NCBI GenBank assembly: GCA_002269645.1 | Contig: NIVC01000001.1 | Coordinates: 2,232,001-2,296,000, forward strand | Source of the DNA: Macrostomum lignano | Taxonomy: Eukaryota | Direction: 5' to 3' | Length of the DNA: 64,000 nucleotides | Shown here: positions 17,217 through 30,463 of the stretch, in pieces | Position numbering within the stretch: position 1 is the first letter of the stretch | How the letters are laid out: the number at the start of each line of letters is the position of its first letter | Notes under the pieces: model-generated | The model's database searches: none | Seen by the model: the letters and a program-made list of their open reading frames with translations, nothing else | Told to the model about the DNA's origin: nothing | Translations under genes and position numbers: made by a program

Positions 17217-19183
17217 TCAATTTTTGAAAAAGTGCTTGCAATGATAATCGGCTAAAAAGTCAACAATGTCTCCTTCAATCTCGTCTGCCCCGTTGCGGCG
17301 CACAGTCCTGCAGTCGCCACCGCGGCAGTAGAGCCACACAATCTCCCGCCGACTCTGCAATAAATTCGCTACAACCACGTGATGCCCGTAATTAGCCAGG
17401 GCGCCTTCCGCTTTGCCTTTGAGCAAGCGCTCGTCTGTTTCCAGTTTAAACGTCACCTGCACGGAAGGTTTTTCGGCCAGTTTAAAATCAATTAGGTCAA
17501 GCTGTGCTTTTCTAGGAAATCTAACTTCTTTAATCCTTCGAGACGGAGTTTCTAAGAAAAACATCGCAAATATTCAGAGTTTCTGATATCAGGGAAAAAT
17601 TAATTAAATATATAAAGCAAAGTTTTATCCCCCAATGGCGATTCCTAAGAAATTTTCTTGGGAGAGCTTCAAATGGAAATGAAAGATTTACAGTGAAGTC
17701 ACGATTTCTTAGAAACACAATTCCAATTTCGGTTTTTACGTACATTTTAGGGGAATTAATAAAAGCGAGTATATGTAAAAAACAACTCTATAAGACTAAT
17801 AATTTTTAAGAAACGCGCCTCCACTGTCTGTTTAAAGAAAAAAATAGAAAATACTCGCTTTTGGGATATTCCCAGGCATCATTATCTTTAAGATTTTTTA
17901 ACAAAACAAAAATTTAAAATTTTCCAACGTGTTGTTTTCAATTTTCCAAGAAACTAAAGTTCAAAAAACATAAATACTTCAGACAAGTTTGATATCCGCT
18001 TCTAAAAGGAACCATCTGAGTCCAATTTAAAAGACATTTCCAAGAAACAGCTTACCACGAGACTCCCCGGCACAGTCTCCCTAACCAGGTTGCCCAGCAG
18101 TTTCGGCACCAGATGCAGCCGGATGCTGGGCTCACCAGCCGAGGATTGGATCTTGTGCTCCGGCAGGCTGCCAGACGGCACGTAGAAGTCCGATACGGCA
18201 GCGGCCAGGTAGAGCAGGACCCGGCCGGACAGGGGTGCCAGCAGTTCGGCCAGCCGGTGCAGCAGGCTGAGGTACTCCTGCACAGTGACATACGGCACCA
18301 GCAGCAGGCGATTCGGTCCAGCTAATTGACGGTACTCTTTCAATAGACTGGCGATCTCCGGCCGGTAATCGGGTTGGAATGCCACGCCGACCTGTGCGGG
18401 AGATCGGTGGGTGACCAGACAAACGTAGCATAACGACCCAAAGCCAGCAACAACGGCTCAAAGCCATAGACAACCCCATCACAAAGTCATAGACAACCCC
18501 ATCACAAAGCCATAGACAACCCTATCACAAACTCCATCACAAAAGCAATAAAGCCATAGACAACCGAAACAAAGCCATAAACAACCAAAACAAAGCCATA
18601 GACAACTGAAACAAAGCCATAGACAACTGAAACAAAGCCATAAACAACCGAAACAAAGCCATAGACAACAGAAACAAGCCATAGACAACAGACACAAAGC
18701 CATAGACAGCAGAAACAAAGCCATAGACAACAGAAACAAGCCATAGACAACAGACACAAAGCCATAGACAGCAGAAACAAAGCCATGGACAACAGAAACA
18801 AAGCCATAGACAACCGAAACAAAGCCATAGACAAGCCCGCCAACCTGACTATCGGGGACCAGCAATCGACCCAGCAGTTGCTCCGCCGGAGGCAGCCGGT
18901 GCGCAAACGGCAGCATGGAGCCCTGCCGGTGCAGAAAAATGGTCGCATAGCCGCGCCTCAGAAACGCTTCACCAGACAGGGCGCCCCGACTGCCAACGCT
19001 GAAATTGTCGATAAAACGCACCGTCTGAGCTTCCAATGGCACTTTGGTGCCGCCCGACGTCACCAGGGCGACCCGAGCATCGGCGGGAAGTTGGGAGATA
19101 AAAGCGGCCGCGTCTGCTAAGCGGGAATCGTCGGCGGGAACCGCCGATAGAAACTCAGACAGCTGATCTGTAGGAGGCGGCAT
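17217..19183 (-). CDS. PPCS: Phosphopantothenate--cysteine ligase (CoA biosynthesis), 304 aa; exons 19183-18845, 18391-18056, 17456-17217
   Basis: Motifs [53 protein letters not shown] and [12 protein letters not shown] match eukaryotic PPCS. Both introns are GT-AG, phase 0. Confidence 0.93.
18440..18835. repeat. 20/21-bp minisatellite (AAGCCATAGACAACAGAAACA)n in PPCS intron 1
   Basis: Direct reading. Confidence 0.9.
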
Positions 19184-20321
19184 GAAATCAATGATGATTG
19201 ATGCTAATTCTGAGGAGAAACCGTAAGAATTAAATTGAGCAAAAACTAAGAATGCAAAATGTGAGCAAATAAACCAAGAACTCATACTAGGGTCAGTATG
19301 ATTAATACCTCAGTCATAGACTTAACTTTTGGGGATTTTGCACACTCTGCGCAACACCCGGTCGATCCTGCCTACCCGAAAAAATGCGGAGTACTAATTA
19401 TATGACGAGGCATTATAGTTACTCCTGCTGTTTACCTACAATTTTGTAATATTTGTTGTTATAGGTAAGTTCGCAGTTTTGGTCAAAAAATTAAGCCGCA
19501 CGGCCGGTGTTTGTGCAGAGATGAGTCTCTTTGTCGTGAGCTTTTGCTCAGTCTACTTAGCTCTGAGATCTCATCTCCTTACGAAATTCTGATTAGTTCT
19601 CAGAAATCTCTTAGACATGTCAACAAACTATCCCACCTTACAGAAGTTCTGTTTTGTTTTTAATTTTGTATTCTCATTTCTCATTTCTCGTACATCTCTA
19701 ACTTGGCTCCTTAGTTTCTACGATTAATTGAAAATAATTGTTGGTCTGAAAGTTTGTTTCACTAAAAACAAATTAGGATAATTATTAAAAGATAAAAGCT
19801 TAGCCTTAATCTTTGGCATTGACAGTCACTTCAATTTAAAATTAATTTTACAGCCAACAATAATCAGAGCAAAAAAATTTATTTCCATTCGCCATTTCGA
19901 TTCAGGAGTGAGCCTACAGTTAAGTGCAAAATAACACAACCTGACTGATTAAGCACGAAAGCCCATGCTGGCTGGAAAACCGCTAAATTCAAGCTGAGAT
20001 TGAACATGATTTCTCTATTTGAAAAGGTACTTTCTCCAGAAAGAAAATTGTCTCCGAGAATTTGTCAACAATCCTCAGACGAAATTCAGTATTTGTTGCA
20101 TAAGAAATTATAGGAATTTAAGCCAATGCAGATTCAAAACTGTAACTAAAATTGATTTGGATGGATTTTTTGATGAAGTAGAATAACTAATGGTAGAGTT
20201 CGCACACAAAAATGCGTTTGTCTACTCTTCGTAAGTAGTAAAGTTAGCAATTTTTGCCTTTACAGTAGTAAATCTAAAATACATCAATTTTTACAAGATA
20301 CAAGATGCTAGATTGCCCCTA

Positions 20322-20490
20322 GGCTGAGTTTCATCTGTCTGACTTTGACCTTACTGCTCTCTCATTGGCTGAGCCAGATTGGGCCTGCCCCCTAGGCTGA
20401 GTTTCGTCCATCTTTGACCTCTCTCCTTACTGCTCTCATTGGCTAAGCTAGATTGGGTCTGCCCCCAAGGTTGAGTTTCATCTATCTTGT
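20322..20490. repeat. About 70-bp tandem duplication (2-3 diverged copies)
   Basis: GCCCCTAGGCTGAGTTTC...CATTGGCT...GATTGGG recurs. Confidence 0.7.
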
Positions 20491-21376
20491 ATTCACATGT
20501 ATAGCTCATCCTAAATAGGATAGGAAAGTCATTATTTAGAACAACAAATTATTCATTGTAGTAACATACCCATGCAGGATTAATCTTTTTAATTTTGCAA
20601 TTGTCAACAAAAAATGTGATAGAAACATGCTTCTATTATTTAAAAAACTTATCTACAGGATTGAATTAGTGCTAAATGCCTAAAAACATATCTAGAACAC
20701 TAAATTAAATGCTAAATTTTTGTTTGCAATGTTAAATTAATGCTAATATATTATATATAGTACTAACTTACTGTCTATTCATTATTGTGACTAGGAAATA
20801 TGACTTTTATCCCAGTGGTATATGTGGGGGGAGTAGGGGCCATCCACTTACCCCTCTTCCTTAATTGCCTGGGGGGTGATAGAGGTTTGTAGTGCAGCAG
20901 CTACCAGGCTAAGTATCACTTTCTATTCTATCTTTTATTAGCCTGCCTAAGTACCTTTGACCAACTGTCAATCCAATGAAATAACAACAAATAACTGATA
21001 GCTATATCAAACTATAAAAGCAATAGGAGTTAGTCTTTCAATTCTCATCTCATTTTATCTCATATTCTAATATTACTATTGACGAACTCAATTTTACTGG
21101 CCTCATTGATTGTATTGTACTAATATTATACTTATACTAACCTCCCAATAGAAAATCCTAGGTATGTCATTATCTTACCTTGCTAACAAAAATAGTTTAT
21201 AATGCCAGATTATTATAATTAAAATTGACTAAGAATGTTATGGCCTCTATGAGTAGATAAGAATTGTGGCAATGCCACTGATTGATAATTATTTAACACT
21301 TACTGTTTTATTTAAAATATGCTAAAAATTATAATTTATTCATGAACTCTTAGTTTACTTTTATGCAAACATCTTC

Positions 21377-21571
21377 CAGGGGCGTAGCCAGGAATTTCCT
21401 ACAGGGGGTGGATATACCAAGGTGAATTTTCTATGGGGGGATACACTTAGGTAAAAGTGCTATGACACAATCACATGGTAGCATATATAGCAACAAAGGG
21501 CAATAAAAAAGTTTTGGTCAGGCTCTTTGGGGGGGATACACCCCCCTATCCTCCCTCTCCCTATGCCCCTG
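21377..21571. mobile_element. hAT-like MITE (195 bp)
   Basis: TIRs CAGGGGCGTAG / CTATGCCCCTG (10/11) flanked by a perfect 8-bp TSD ACATCTTC (21369-21376 and 21572-21579). Confidence 0.8.
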
Positions 21572-24500
21572 ACATCTTCAAGATCTATTATTTTGTCTAT
21601 TATATTAAAATTTAATAGTCTATTAAATATTGTATATTACTACTAGTAATACTAGGTAATTTAAATAAATATATATTTTTAGATATTATCATGTTTTGGC
21701 TACTTAAGGTAACCATAGTTGATAGCATTACAAAAACTCAGTAGTATAGTAAATAATGTCTAACATAATAAGTGCATTTTTATTAAAAAAACTAGAAAAC
21801 AATAATAAGTAAAAGCATCCTGCCAGAATCATACTCATAGCTATATGATGTCCACTAGGCTGGCGTTAAAACAAAGGCTAGAACAAAATATGTTTTAGAA
21901 TTTATTACTAAAAGCTTAGAGTTTTATATTATTGTTGGCACTGCTAAGTGTGCACTGTGTACAAAATTCCTTAGCTGTCAGCTCTGCCGCGTTTGCCACA
22001 GTCAGGACGATGCATCGTCTGCGCGGGAAGATAAACTCTTTCGCTTTCTGCGCTAAGAGATGGCTCACTTTATCTAAAATCTGTATCTTCTGTGCCGAAA
22101 AAACGGCTCACCTAACCTAAAATAACTTAAATAATTGTAAAATAGATATCCTGCTCTGTGCCATAAAATTTGTCTCTACTCTCTAGCTTATAGCTCTAAG
22201 TACCTCAGAGTAATTTAGGACAAGCTTAGCGCGCTATGTGCGAGTGTAATCGCCAATATGGCATAGCATCTGATTCGGGTTCGTGCTTGCTTTTACTAGC
22301 TTTACATCTCAGGACAATAAAATAGCATTCGCGTTTCTAAGTAAGTTAGTATTTTAAAAACGAGCTATACATTAGTACAGTATAGCAAAAACTTGTGAAT
22401 AAAAATAGCTTTTAAATGCTTATATCAACTGCAATGTACAAAAAGTAGCAAGTATTTTGTACATTCTTTAAAATTTAAAGTATGTTGTTACTAGCTTTAC
22501 TTAAAGCTACGATAATTTCTGGGCAGTGTCACCGGCTTGGCTTTGGTGTTTTAAGAAATGTCAGCTGGCCCAACGGGAACGCATCTTTCCCTCGGCCCTC
22601 TCTAGCCTATGTCTAGAGTCTAGTATACAGTGACTTAGCATTAAAATCTTACCAATGCCAATGCAATAGGCCTAGTTTGTCCATTATATGTATTTTTTAT
22701 TATTAAATGTTTTTCTATTCTAGTTTAGCCTAGGGGCCTAGTTTAATATATTGGCAATTTTCATTATTTATTCATCAAGATTAAGTTATTTGTAAATAAA
22801 TAGGCCTAAACAAAAAAGTAACAAACAAAGCATTCTCCCTATGTTCCTTCGTTTTTATTTTAGAATAGGCCTAGACTAATGAGTTTCATAGAATAAGCCT
22901 TAGGCTCCTAGTGCTTTTATTATAGCAATATAGGCCTAATACTAGCGCCCAGGCTGGCCTTATTTCAGTTCTTTTGACCTTGGGTTTCATTGTATATCAA
23001 TATCAATTATGTTTTGTTCCTTAAATATAAGTCTAGGGCTCTAGCTAGGCCTTATGATAACATTGAATAATTATAATAGGCTCTATTGTATAGCCTAGCC
23101 ATTTATAGCTAAATCATTTTAAAATTATTCATTTAAAATAGGCCTAAGCTCTATGCCTACATTGCCTACTCTTATAAGCCTATAGGCCCCTAGTAATAAT
23201 ATATTTGCTATCTAGTGTCCAATATAAAATTTGAATAGAAAGTTTTTTTTGCTTATATTTAACTTGAAATAAAATAAATTCAATAGCAAATTTGTTTATT
23301 TTAATATAGGTCCCTATAACAATGATATCTACAAGGGGTAGGAGTGGAGTTTTTTTGGGGAGATGATAGAGGTAAGTCAGTTATGAATTTGTTAGAATAA
23401 GATTATATTATTTTTTATTATATTGGCTATCCAAAATAAGGTTTTTATTATTGCAATGAAATGCAAAAAAGTCTTTTATTGTCATAATTCCACAAAGTAG
23501 GAAGTAGGTTGGCATTGGCATATATTTATAAATTTGGTTTGTGACATTTTAGAGTGCACTTAGCATGATCTGCACTATGCCCCCTCCTATAAATATCTTA
23601 ACATATGTCTTGGGTATGCTATTCCCTTATTATAGGTTTACCTAGGCCCCATTCTGTCATTTAGTTTTATATTATCCCTATATGAATATAGACTAGACTT
23701 ATACTATATGTGCTAGTTAATATATTTTATACTTTCAAATTTAAAAGACATATATTGTCTAATTCTTTTTATATTAGTAGTAAAACTAGAGAATGAAACT
23801 AAAACCTAGTGAACTAAGACTAAGTACTAAATAGCCTAGTTAAATTATTTCTTTGGCTTAATGTGTTTTTTAAATAGTATTAATATACAGATATATGAAA
23901 TAGAATTTAGATATAGATAGACTAGGCCCTATTTAGTACTTTATTTAGTAAGTAGGCCTAGTAGAAAATCTTCATTTATTTATTCTAAGGGCTCTTCTAA
24001 TATTTTAATAAGTTTTAAAACAAATAAAAATGGCAAATCTTTTTTACTTTTTCTAGATTTATCAGCCTAAAGATGTCTATTACAAGCTTTTCCTTGTAAG
24101 TAAATAAAAAATTCAGTAATTTATCATTGCCAATAAAGTTTGCTTTTAATGGTTTCCTTAAAAATATTAATTTTTTGCCTTTTAGTTTGCCAAGAGGCCT
24201 TCATAAAATTGGCAATGGCTCTGTATTAAGTCGAATGTTTTCTGGTTTGATGGTAAGTGGTAGTGTAAATGCTATTTTATTTTTTAACAAACCTACTTTC
24301 TAATAAGCTCTACAAATATCAAAGTTGATGTAGTTTTGTATTATCTATATTATAGTTATCTTGTGTGAGCTAGATTACTAGAGTCTTTAACTTGAACTTT
24401 TTTATTTATAGATTAGTCATTAACTTTTTTTAGGTTGGATAGTCTTAACTAACTTCTAAGGTTTACATATAAACTTGTTCAATCCCCATTGCCCACCCTG

Positions 24501-24685
24501 CACGCCCACTTCTCTTTACATTTATTTGTTATTTTTTATCATCGAGAGACTACTCACACTACTAACATTAATCAAGTCAGTCCTAATTAACATTCCACAG
24601 AGACCAAAAAAATGTTCGCATTAGTGCCACGATTGGTGAAGCTCCTAGATCAGCATTGTCCCTTCAGTCGCACAGCTCCGTAACA

Positions 24686-25108
24686 ATGCTGCCAGCTCGC
24701 CAACTGCAGCCTCTTCTACCAGCAACTTTTACTAATCAGATTCGCTGTCTAACTGGCGGCAGCGACAGTGGAAACATAGTTGCTATCCAAGACTTGGAAG
24801 ATTTCGATAAGCGAGTTCGCAACGCGGCAGATTCCGTGGCGCTGGTGCAATTTCATGCCACCTGGTGCGCGCCGTGCAAACTGTTGAAGCCCAGATTAGA
24901 GAAAGCTGTTAGATCGAGGCCCAAGCTACTGCTGGCCACTGTTGATGTTGATGATGTACCAGATCTTGCCGAGGAGTTCCGGGTGGCCTCCGTGCCCATG
25001 GTTCTGGCTATGCGCTCCGGCCGGGTTGTTGACAGCTTCGTTGGACTGAAAGAGCCAGAGGCTTTGCAAGACTTTGTGGACGGATTTGCTGAGAAGCAGG
25101 GACTTTGA
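24686..25108 (+). CDS. TXN2: Mitochondrial thioredoxin (thioredoxin-2-like), 140 aa, intronless CDS
   Basis: VQFHATWCAPCKLLKPRLEK, VDVDDVPDLAEEFRVASVPMVLAM and VDSFVGLK align with TXN2. The N-terminus resembles a presequence. First ATG in the ORF is 24686. Confidence 0.88.
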   Translation: MLPARQLQPLLPATFTNQIRCLTGGSDSGNIVAIQDLEDFDKRVRNAADSVALVQFHATWCAPCKLLKPRLEKAVRSRPKLLLATVDVDDVPDLAEEFRVASVPMVLAMRSGRVVDSFVGLKEPEALQDFVDGFAEKQGL

Positions 25109-28100
25109 ATTCGGTGTTTGATGATGATCTTAAGACCCACCCATTTAATGAACAGTTCACCAGTTAACAATTATATTTCAGTAGCTTGTCAATATCTTTT
25201 AGTAAACTTGTTTGGTGTTGACAATACCAAATAAATAGATAACTGGCTATATGCCACTTTTGCCAGTGAGTTTCGGCATTGGCTAGTTTCTGTGTAGAAA
25301 CAATCAAGCAACTTGTCGAAGGGTACTCTGTGTCTTTGTTACGATTTCACAGAATCTTAATAATAATTGTAATGGCAGGAGGGCTGTGGGCACCACAACC
25401 AGCGCTGAGGCGATTCAGGAGTCACACAGGGTGTACTTTGATTTCTAATCCTCAGGCATGTACATTCTCTGTGCTTTTGGTATGGTTGGCCCTCATGGGT
25501 GTAAAATATACGAAATCCTTGACAGCTGTTTCGTACACAAGCCTCATGTGGCGAAACAGGTAAATCGAGCCACTATGTCGCGGCAACTGAGATTTTACAC
25601 TGTAGTCCAGTCAGCTAGCAGTATTTTCGTAACTTTTGTTCAGAAAATCGCTTTCACTACCGCGGCCAGCATATGATCTGCAGTAGAGATACTGTCTGTG
25701 CCAGCAATCAGATATGCTTTAGCTATCTGTTTTATGAATCTATTGTTGACGCAGAAATCAGCCTATAGAATGTTTTCAATGCTTACGCCTAGAGAGGCAT
25801 AACCTTATGTCTGTTTTTTGAAGAGATTTCGAAAGAGCCGCATGCAACAGAGCTTCAAGACAATGCCTGTCTGAAGTGCGTGATATGTGGGATTGGAATT
25901 TTTTAGCTCCGGGACGAGACTAGGAATTTAGTATAGGGGCTGTGTGGAAAATTCATTTCCCTCAAATCGAATGAGAAATGCAAGCACTGCATGTTGAAAC
26001 GCCTCTCCCTGCGACCCGACTCTGCTTTAAGCGCGAGTTGCTTCATACTTTCCTACCCCTACGACCTTGCGTGTGTTATGCGATAATACTTTCCAGGGGC
26101 CGAGGACAAGGGCGGGGCCTGATTTCTCCACTGGCGTGTACTTGAGCACAGTACATGAATATGCTCGTCCATGGAGTTTTATTGTCTATATGCCTGGCGA
26201 AAAAATGTTGAAATAGTATAAAGTAGGATTCATTTTAAATAAAGTTTATAACAATGACTACTCAAGAAGGATGGTAAACTACATTTCTTAGAAATTTTTA
26301 GGAGGTAAGTTCCATCAAAGAGTACATTACGGGGAATGGAGGCTTCCTAAAAAGATCCATAAAACGAACGAATCAAGTTGTGACATTTAACGATTTTTTA
26401 GCACAGGACATGCATGCGCGTACGTAGAATGATAAAATTAACAGAATCTTCATTTTCTAAACAAAAAGCTCTCAAGGACTACTTAAGTAAAAAGAAAGTA
26501 TGATTCTTAAGAAAATGTTTATGAGGCTGGTTCTCGCCGAAAGTTTTCATTGTTTCAGCTCAAAAATTGTTACGAGTCGATAGGAGGCGGAACCACTGCT
26601 CATCTTTTTATGTTTTGCCTTTCTTGTATAAGAGCTATATAGCTCTATCTATATTTACAGTATTAAGCTTTTCGTTTAGAAAATTAGGATTCTATATTAA
26701 TTTTTTATTCTACGTACAATTGCATCTTTCCTGTGCTTATAATACGGGCTAAAACCAATTAGCCGAGCCTTGCCATTTTAAATGGTTTTTAATGGTTTAT
26801 CCTAAAATTCCAAGAAACATACTACGTAGTTTCCCGTCCTTACTCCTTACACTTAAGTATAGTGTAGTTCTTGGTTTATATACTGCAGATACCCGCTTCC
26901 ACAACACGGTCTAAATGGGCAGGAGGCTCCTGCGGGCATCCGGATACAACATGGAGGCGCCGACGCCCATTCCACTAATCACTGCAGGCGACCACGGACA
27001 GCTTTCTAGCGCTGAGGGTGTTCCAGTGGTGCCGGTGTCCGCAGCGCGCGGTCACCGGTGCATGGATGGTCGCTGGCCGGGTAGCCCTTATAGGAGCGGA
27101 CAATCTTACAGATTCTCGATCCTGAAAAGTCGCAGATGATGAAGTGCTCCGCATTCTCAGCAACCCCTTTACTGCGGATTTTCCACTTGGACGCATAGCA
27201 AAGCAGCCATGAACTGAGAGGCCCAAACTGACTTACTGCGTTCCTGCGGTTGAGTCCAAGCAGGGCAGGAGAGGGACTGGAACTGCAGCAATAATTAACC
27301 CACCTCTCTGTGTGCTCGGATGCCACGTATACCTCACAATGTGGTTAATCCGAGTGGTGACAAAATAGAACTCGCGCCTGAAGTGTTTTATGATTATGAG
27401 CCCAGCTGTCCTTTCCCAGACATCGCAGTTTTCACACTCGATGAATCCGGTGGTTTTGCTAGAGCTTACCCTATGAAGCACCGATCTAATGCAATGCAGC
27501 AGATCACACGGCAGCAACCTCTTGCCCCCTGGTGCACGGAGTAGCTACGCGAATGGCTAAATTCCCCACGACCTGTTACCCCGCAATAATTCCTTCCTCT
27601 ACTATCCGCAATCTCTCTCCCGCAGCCATTCCAATCCCTGTGCTGCAATTCCTACAGTTTTTTGTTCACTTTTTCAATCCTCGAATCCCCTAGCCTCAGC
27701 TCTGGCAGTTGTCAATCAAGCTTTGTATATATATATCAAGCTTGGATTTGCTGAGTGCACACCGGGGGACTGGCATTCTCCGGCAGCCAAGTTCAGAAAT
27801 CTGTCACGCGCGATCAGAGAGCAAGCGAGACTGGAAATGGTTGAAAGCTCCATGGCCGTTTTAGAATAAGTTCGAATTGTATAAAATTAATTTCTTAGCT
27901 CGTAAGACTGTAAACAGCGACTCCGTGAATTGGTTGTCAATTACTCCGGTTATTATCTAAGAAACTTGACAGTACATGTGAGTACGAGCTGATATCTTCT
28001 CGTGTCTTACTTTGTATCTTTGCTCCTTGCTAATACTTATAAATCATTAATTTCTCTTCTAAAATGAATGATTTAGCATTGGGCGCATTCTGAAAGTTGA

Positions 28101-28184
28101 CTTGCTGTGTTTGAGTGGCCTGTCAATGACCTTGAGGGTCTACTAGAAAAAACTTATTTAATATTATGACAAAATGATTAATGA

Positions 28185-30420
28185 TATGTCACTCCATACC
28201 TATCAAGATCATTATCAGGTCACTCCACCAAGCAGAACATTATCAGGTCACTCCACCAAGCAGAACATTATCAGGTCACTCCTCCAAGCAGAACATTATC
28301 AGGTCACTCCTCCAAGCAGAACATTATCAGGTCACTCCACCAAGCAGAACATTATCAGGTCACTCTACCAAGCAGAACATTATCAGGTCACTCCACCAAG
28401 CAGAACATTATATTATCAGGCCACTCCAAACCTATCGAGATCATTATCAGGCCACTCCAAACCTATCAAGATCATTATCAGGCCACTCCACCAAGCAGAA
28501 TATCAGCATTCAAAACGCTGATATGCTATTACAAACTTATCATAGATATTTAATGTTAGACCCACCCATTTGCCTGCACTAAAACAGCCACGCAAACCAT
28601 GCGTGCCCTCTCTGTGTTAATTCATCTAACTAGCGGACTATGCTAAAAAGCGAATAAGATGGATGGGGGGGGGGAAACGCCACCACCCTAACACAGCCCC
28701 CGAGCACAATGCCGAGTGTTATAATACAATGCAATTGGAAGAGCCGAGGCTCTCCACTGCCGAGTTGAGTAAAGTTTGAGCTCTAACATAAGAAGGACTT
28801 GTCTCAGTTCTTCGAAGCTTCTGTCTGTCGTGGCAGAGGGGTAGCAGGCGTGTAAGGTAGCTGGTGTGAGAGGCCTTCAGAGACTACCGATAAACGATCT
28901 GTTACACAGAACATTATCAGGTCACTCCACCAAGCAGGATCATTATCAGGTCACTCCACCAAGCAGGATCATTATCAGGTCACGCCACCAAGCAGGATCA
29001 TTATCAGGCCACTCCACCAAGCAGGATCATTGTCAGGCCACTCCAAACGTATCAAGATCATTATCAGGCCACTCCAAACCTATCAAGATCATTATCAGGT
29101 CACTCCACCAAGCAGGATCATTATCAGGCCACACCACCAAGCAGGATCATTATCAGGTCACTCCACCAAGCAGGATCATTATGAGGCCACTCCACCAAGC
29201 AGGATCATTATCAGGTCACTCCAAACCTATCAAGATCATTATCAGGTCACTCCACCAAGCAGGATCATTATCAGGTCATTCCACCAAGCAGAACATTATC
29301 AGGTCACTCCACCAAGCAGGATCATTATGAGGCCACTCCACCAAGTAGGATCATCATCAGGCCACTCCAAACCTATCAAGATCATTATCAGGCCACTCCA
29401 CCAAGTGGGATCATTATCAGGCCACTCAAAACCTATCAAGATCATTATCAGGTCACTCCACCAAGCAGGATCATTATGAAGCCACTCCACCAAGTAGGAT
29501 CATCATCAGGCCACTCCAAACCTATCAAGATCATTATCAGGCCACTCCACCAAGTGGGATCATTATCAGGCCACTCCAAACCTATCAAGATCATTATCAG
29601 GTCACTCCACCAAGTGGGATCATTATCAGGCCACTCAAAACCTATCAAGATCATTATCAGGTCACTCCACCAAGTAGGATCATTATCAGGCCACTCCACC
29701 AAGCAGAATATCAGCATTCAAAACGCTGATATACTATTACAAACTTATCATAGATATTTAATGTTAGACCCACCCATTTGCCTGCACTAAAACAGCTACG
29801 AGAGCCTCGGAGGGAACCATATGGTCAGAGGGAACCATGCGTGCCCTCTCTGTGTTAATTCATCTAACTAGCGGACTATGCAAAAAAGCGAATAAGATGG
29901 CCGTGGGGCGGAAAACGCCACCACCCTAACACAGCCCCCGAGCACAATGCCGAGTGTTATAATACAATGCAATTGGAAGAGCCGAGGCTCTCCACTGCCG
30001 AGTTGAGTAAAGTTTGAGCTCTAACATAAGAAGGACTTGTCTCAGTTCTTCGAAGCTTCTGTCTGTCGTGGTAGAGGGGTAGCAGGCGTGTAAGGTAGCT
30101 GGCGTGAGAGGCCTTCAGAGACTACCGATAAACGATCTGTTACACAGAACATTATCAGGTCACTCTACCAAGCAGGATCATTATCTGGCCACTCCACCAA
30201 GCAGGATCATTATCAGGTCACGCCACCAAGCAGGATCATTATCAGGCCACTCCACCAAGCAGGATCATTGTCAGGCCACTCCAAACGTATCAAGATCATT
30301 ATCAGGCCACTCCAAACCTATCAAGATCATTATCAGGTCACTCCACCAAGCAGGATCATTATCAGGTCACTCCACCAAGCAGGATCATTATCAGGTCACT
30401 CCAAACCAATCAAGATCGCA
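28185..30420. repeat. Composite repeat: 29/31-bp minisatellite arrays alternating with a duplicated spacer of about 420 bp (period about 1238 bp)
   Basis: Arrays of CATTATCAGGTCACTCCACCAAGCAGGAT; spacers about 28494-28905 and 29702-30143 are near-identical. Confidence 0.92.
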
Positions 30421-30463
30421 ATTATCTGAATAGGAACCCCTTCAGAAGCAGCCAGTCTCAGCC

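Noticed and set aside
18479-19285. 268-aa ORF taken as the complete PPCS
   Set aside because: It reads through the donor at 18844 into a minisatellite; the spliced model restores all motifs.
24612-24683. Upstream ATG as the TXN2 start
   Set aside because: That frame stops at 24681-24683; kept only as a uORF/outron finding.
28174-30433. Repeat-spacer layout resembling a CRISPR array
   Set aside because: Repeats are head-to-tail, the two spacers are duplicates of about 420 bp, there are no cas genes, and the context is eukaryotic.
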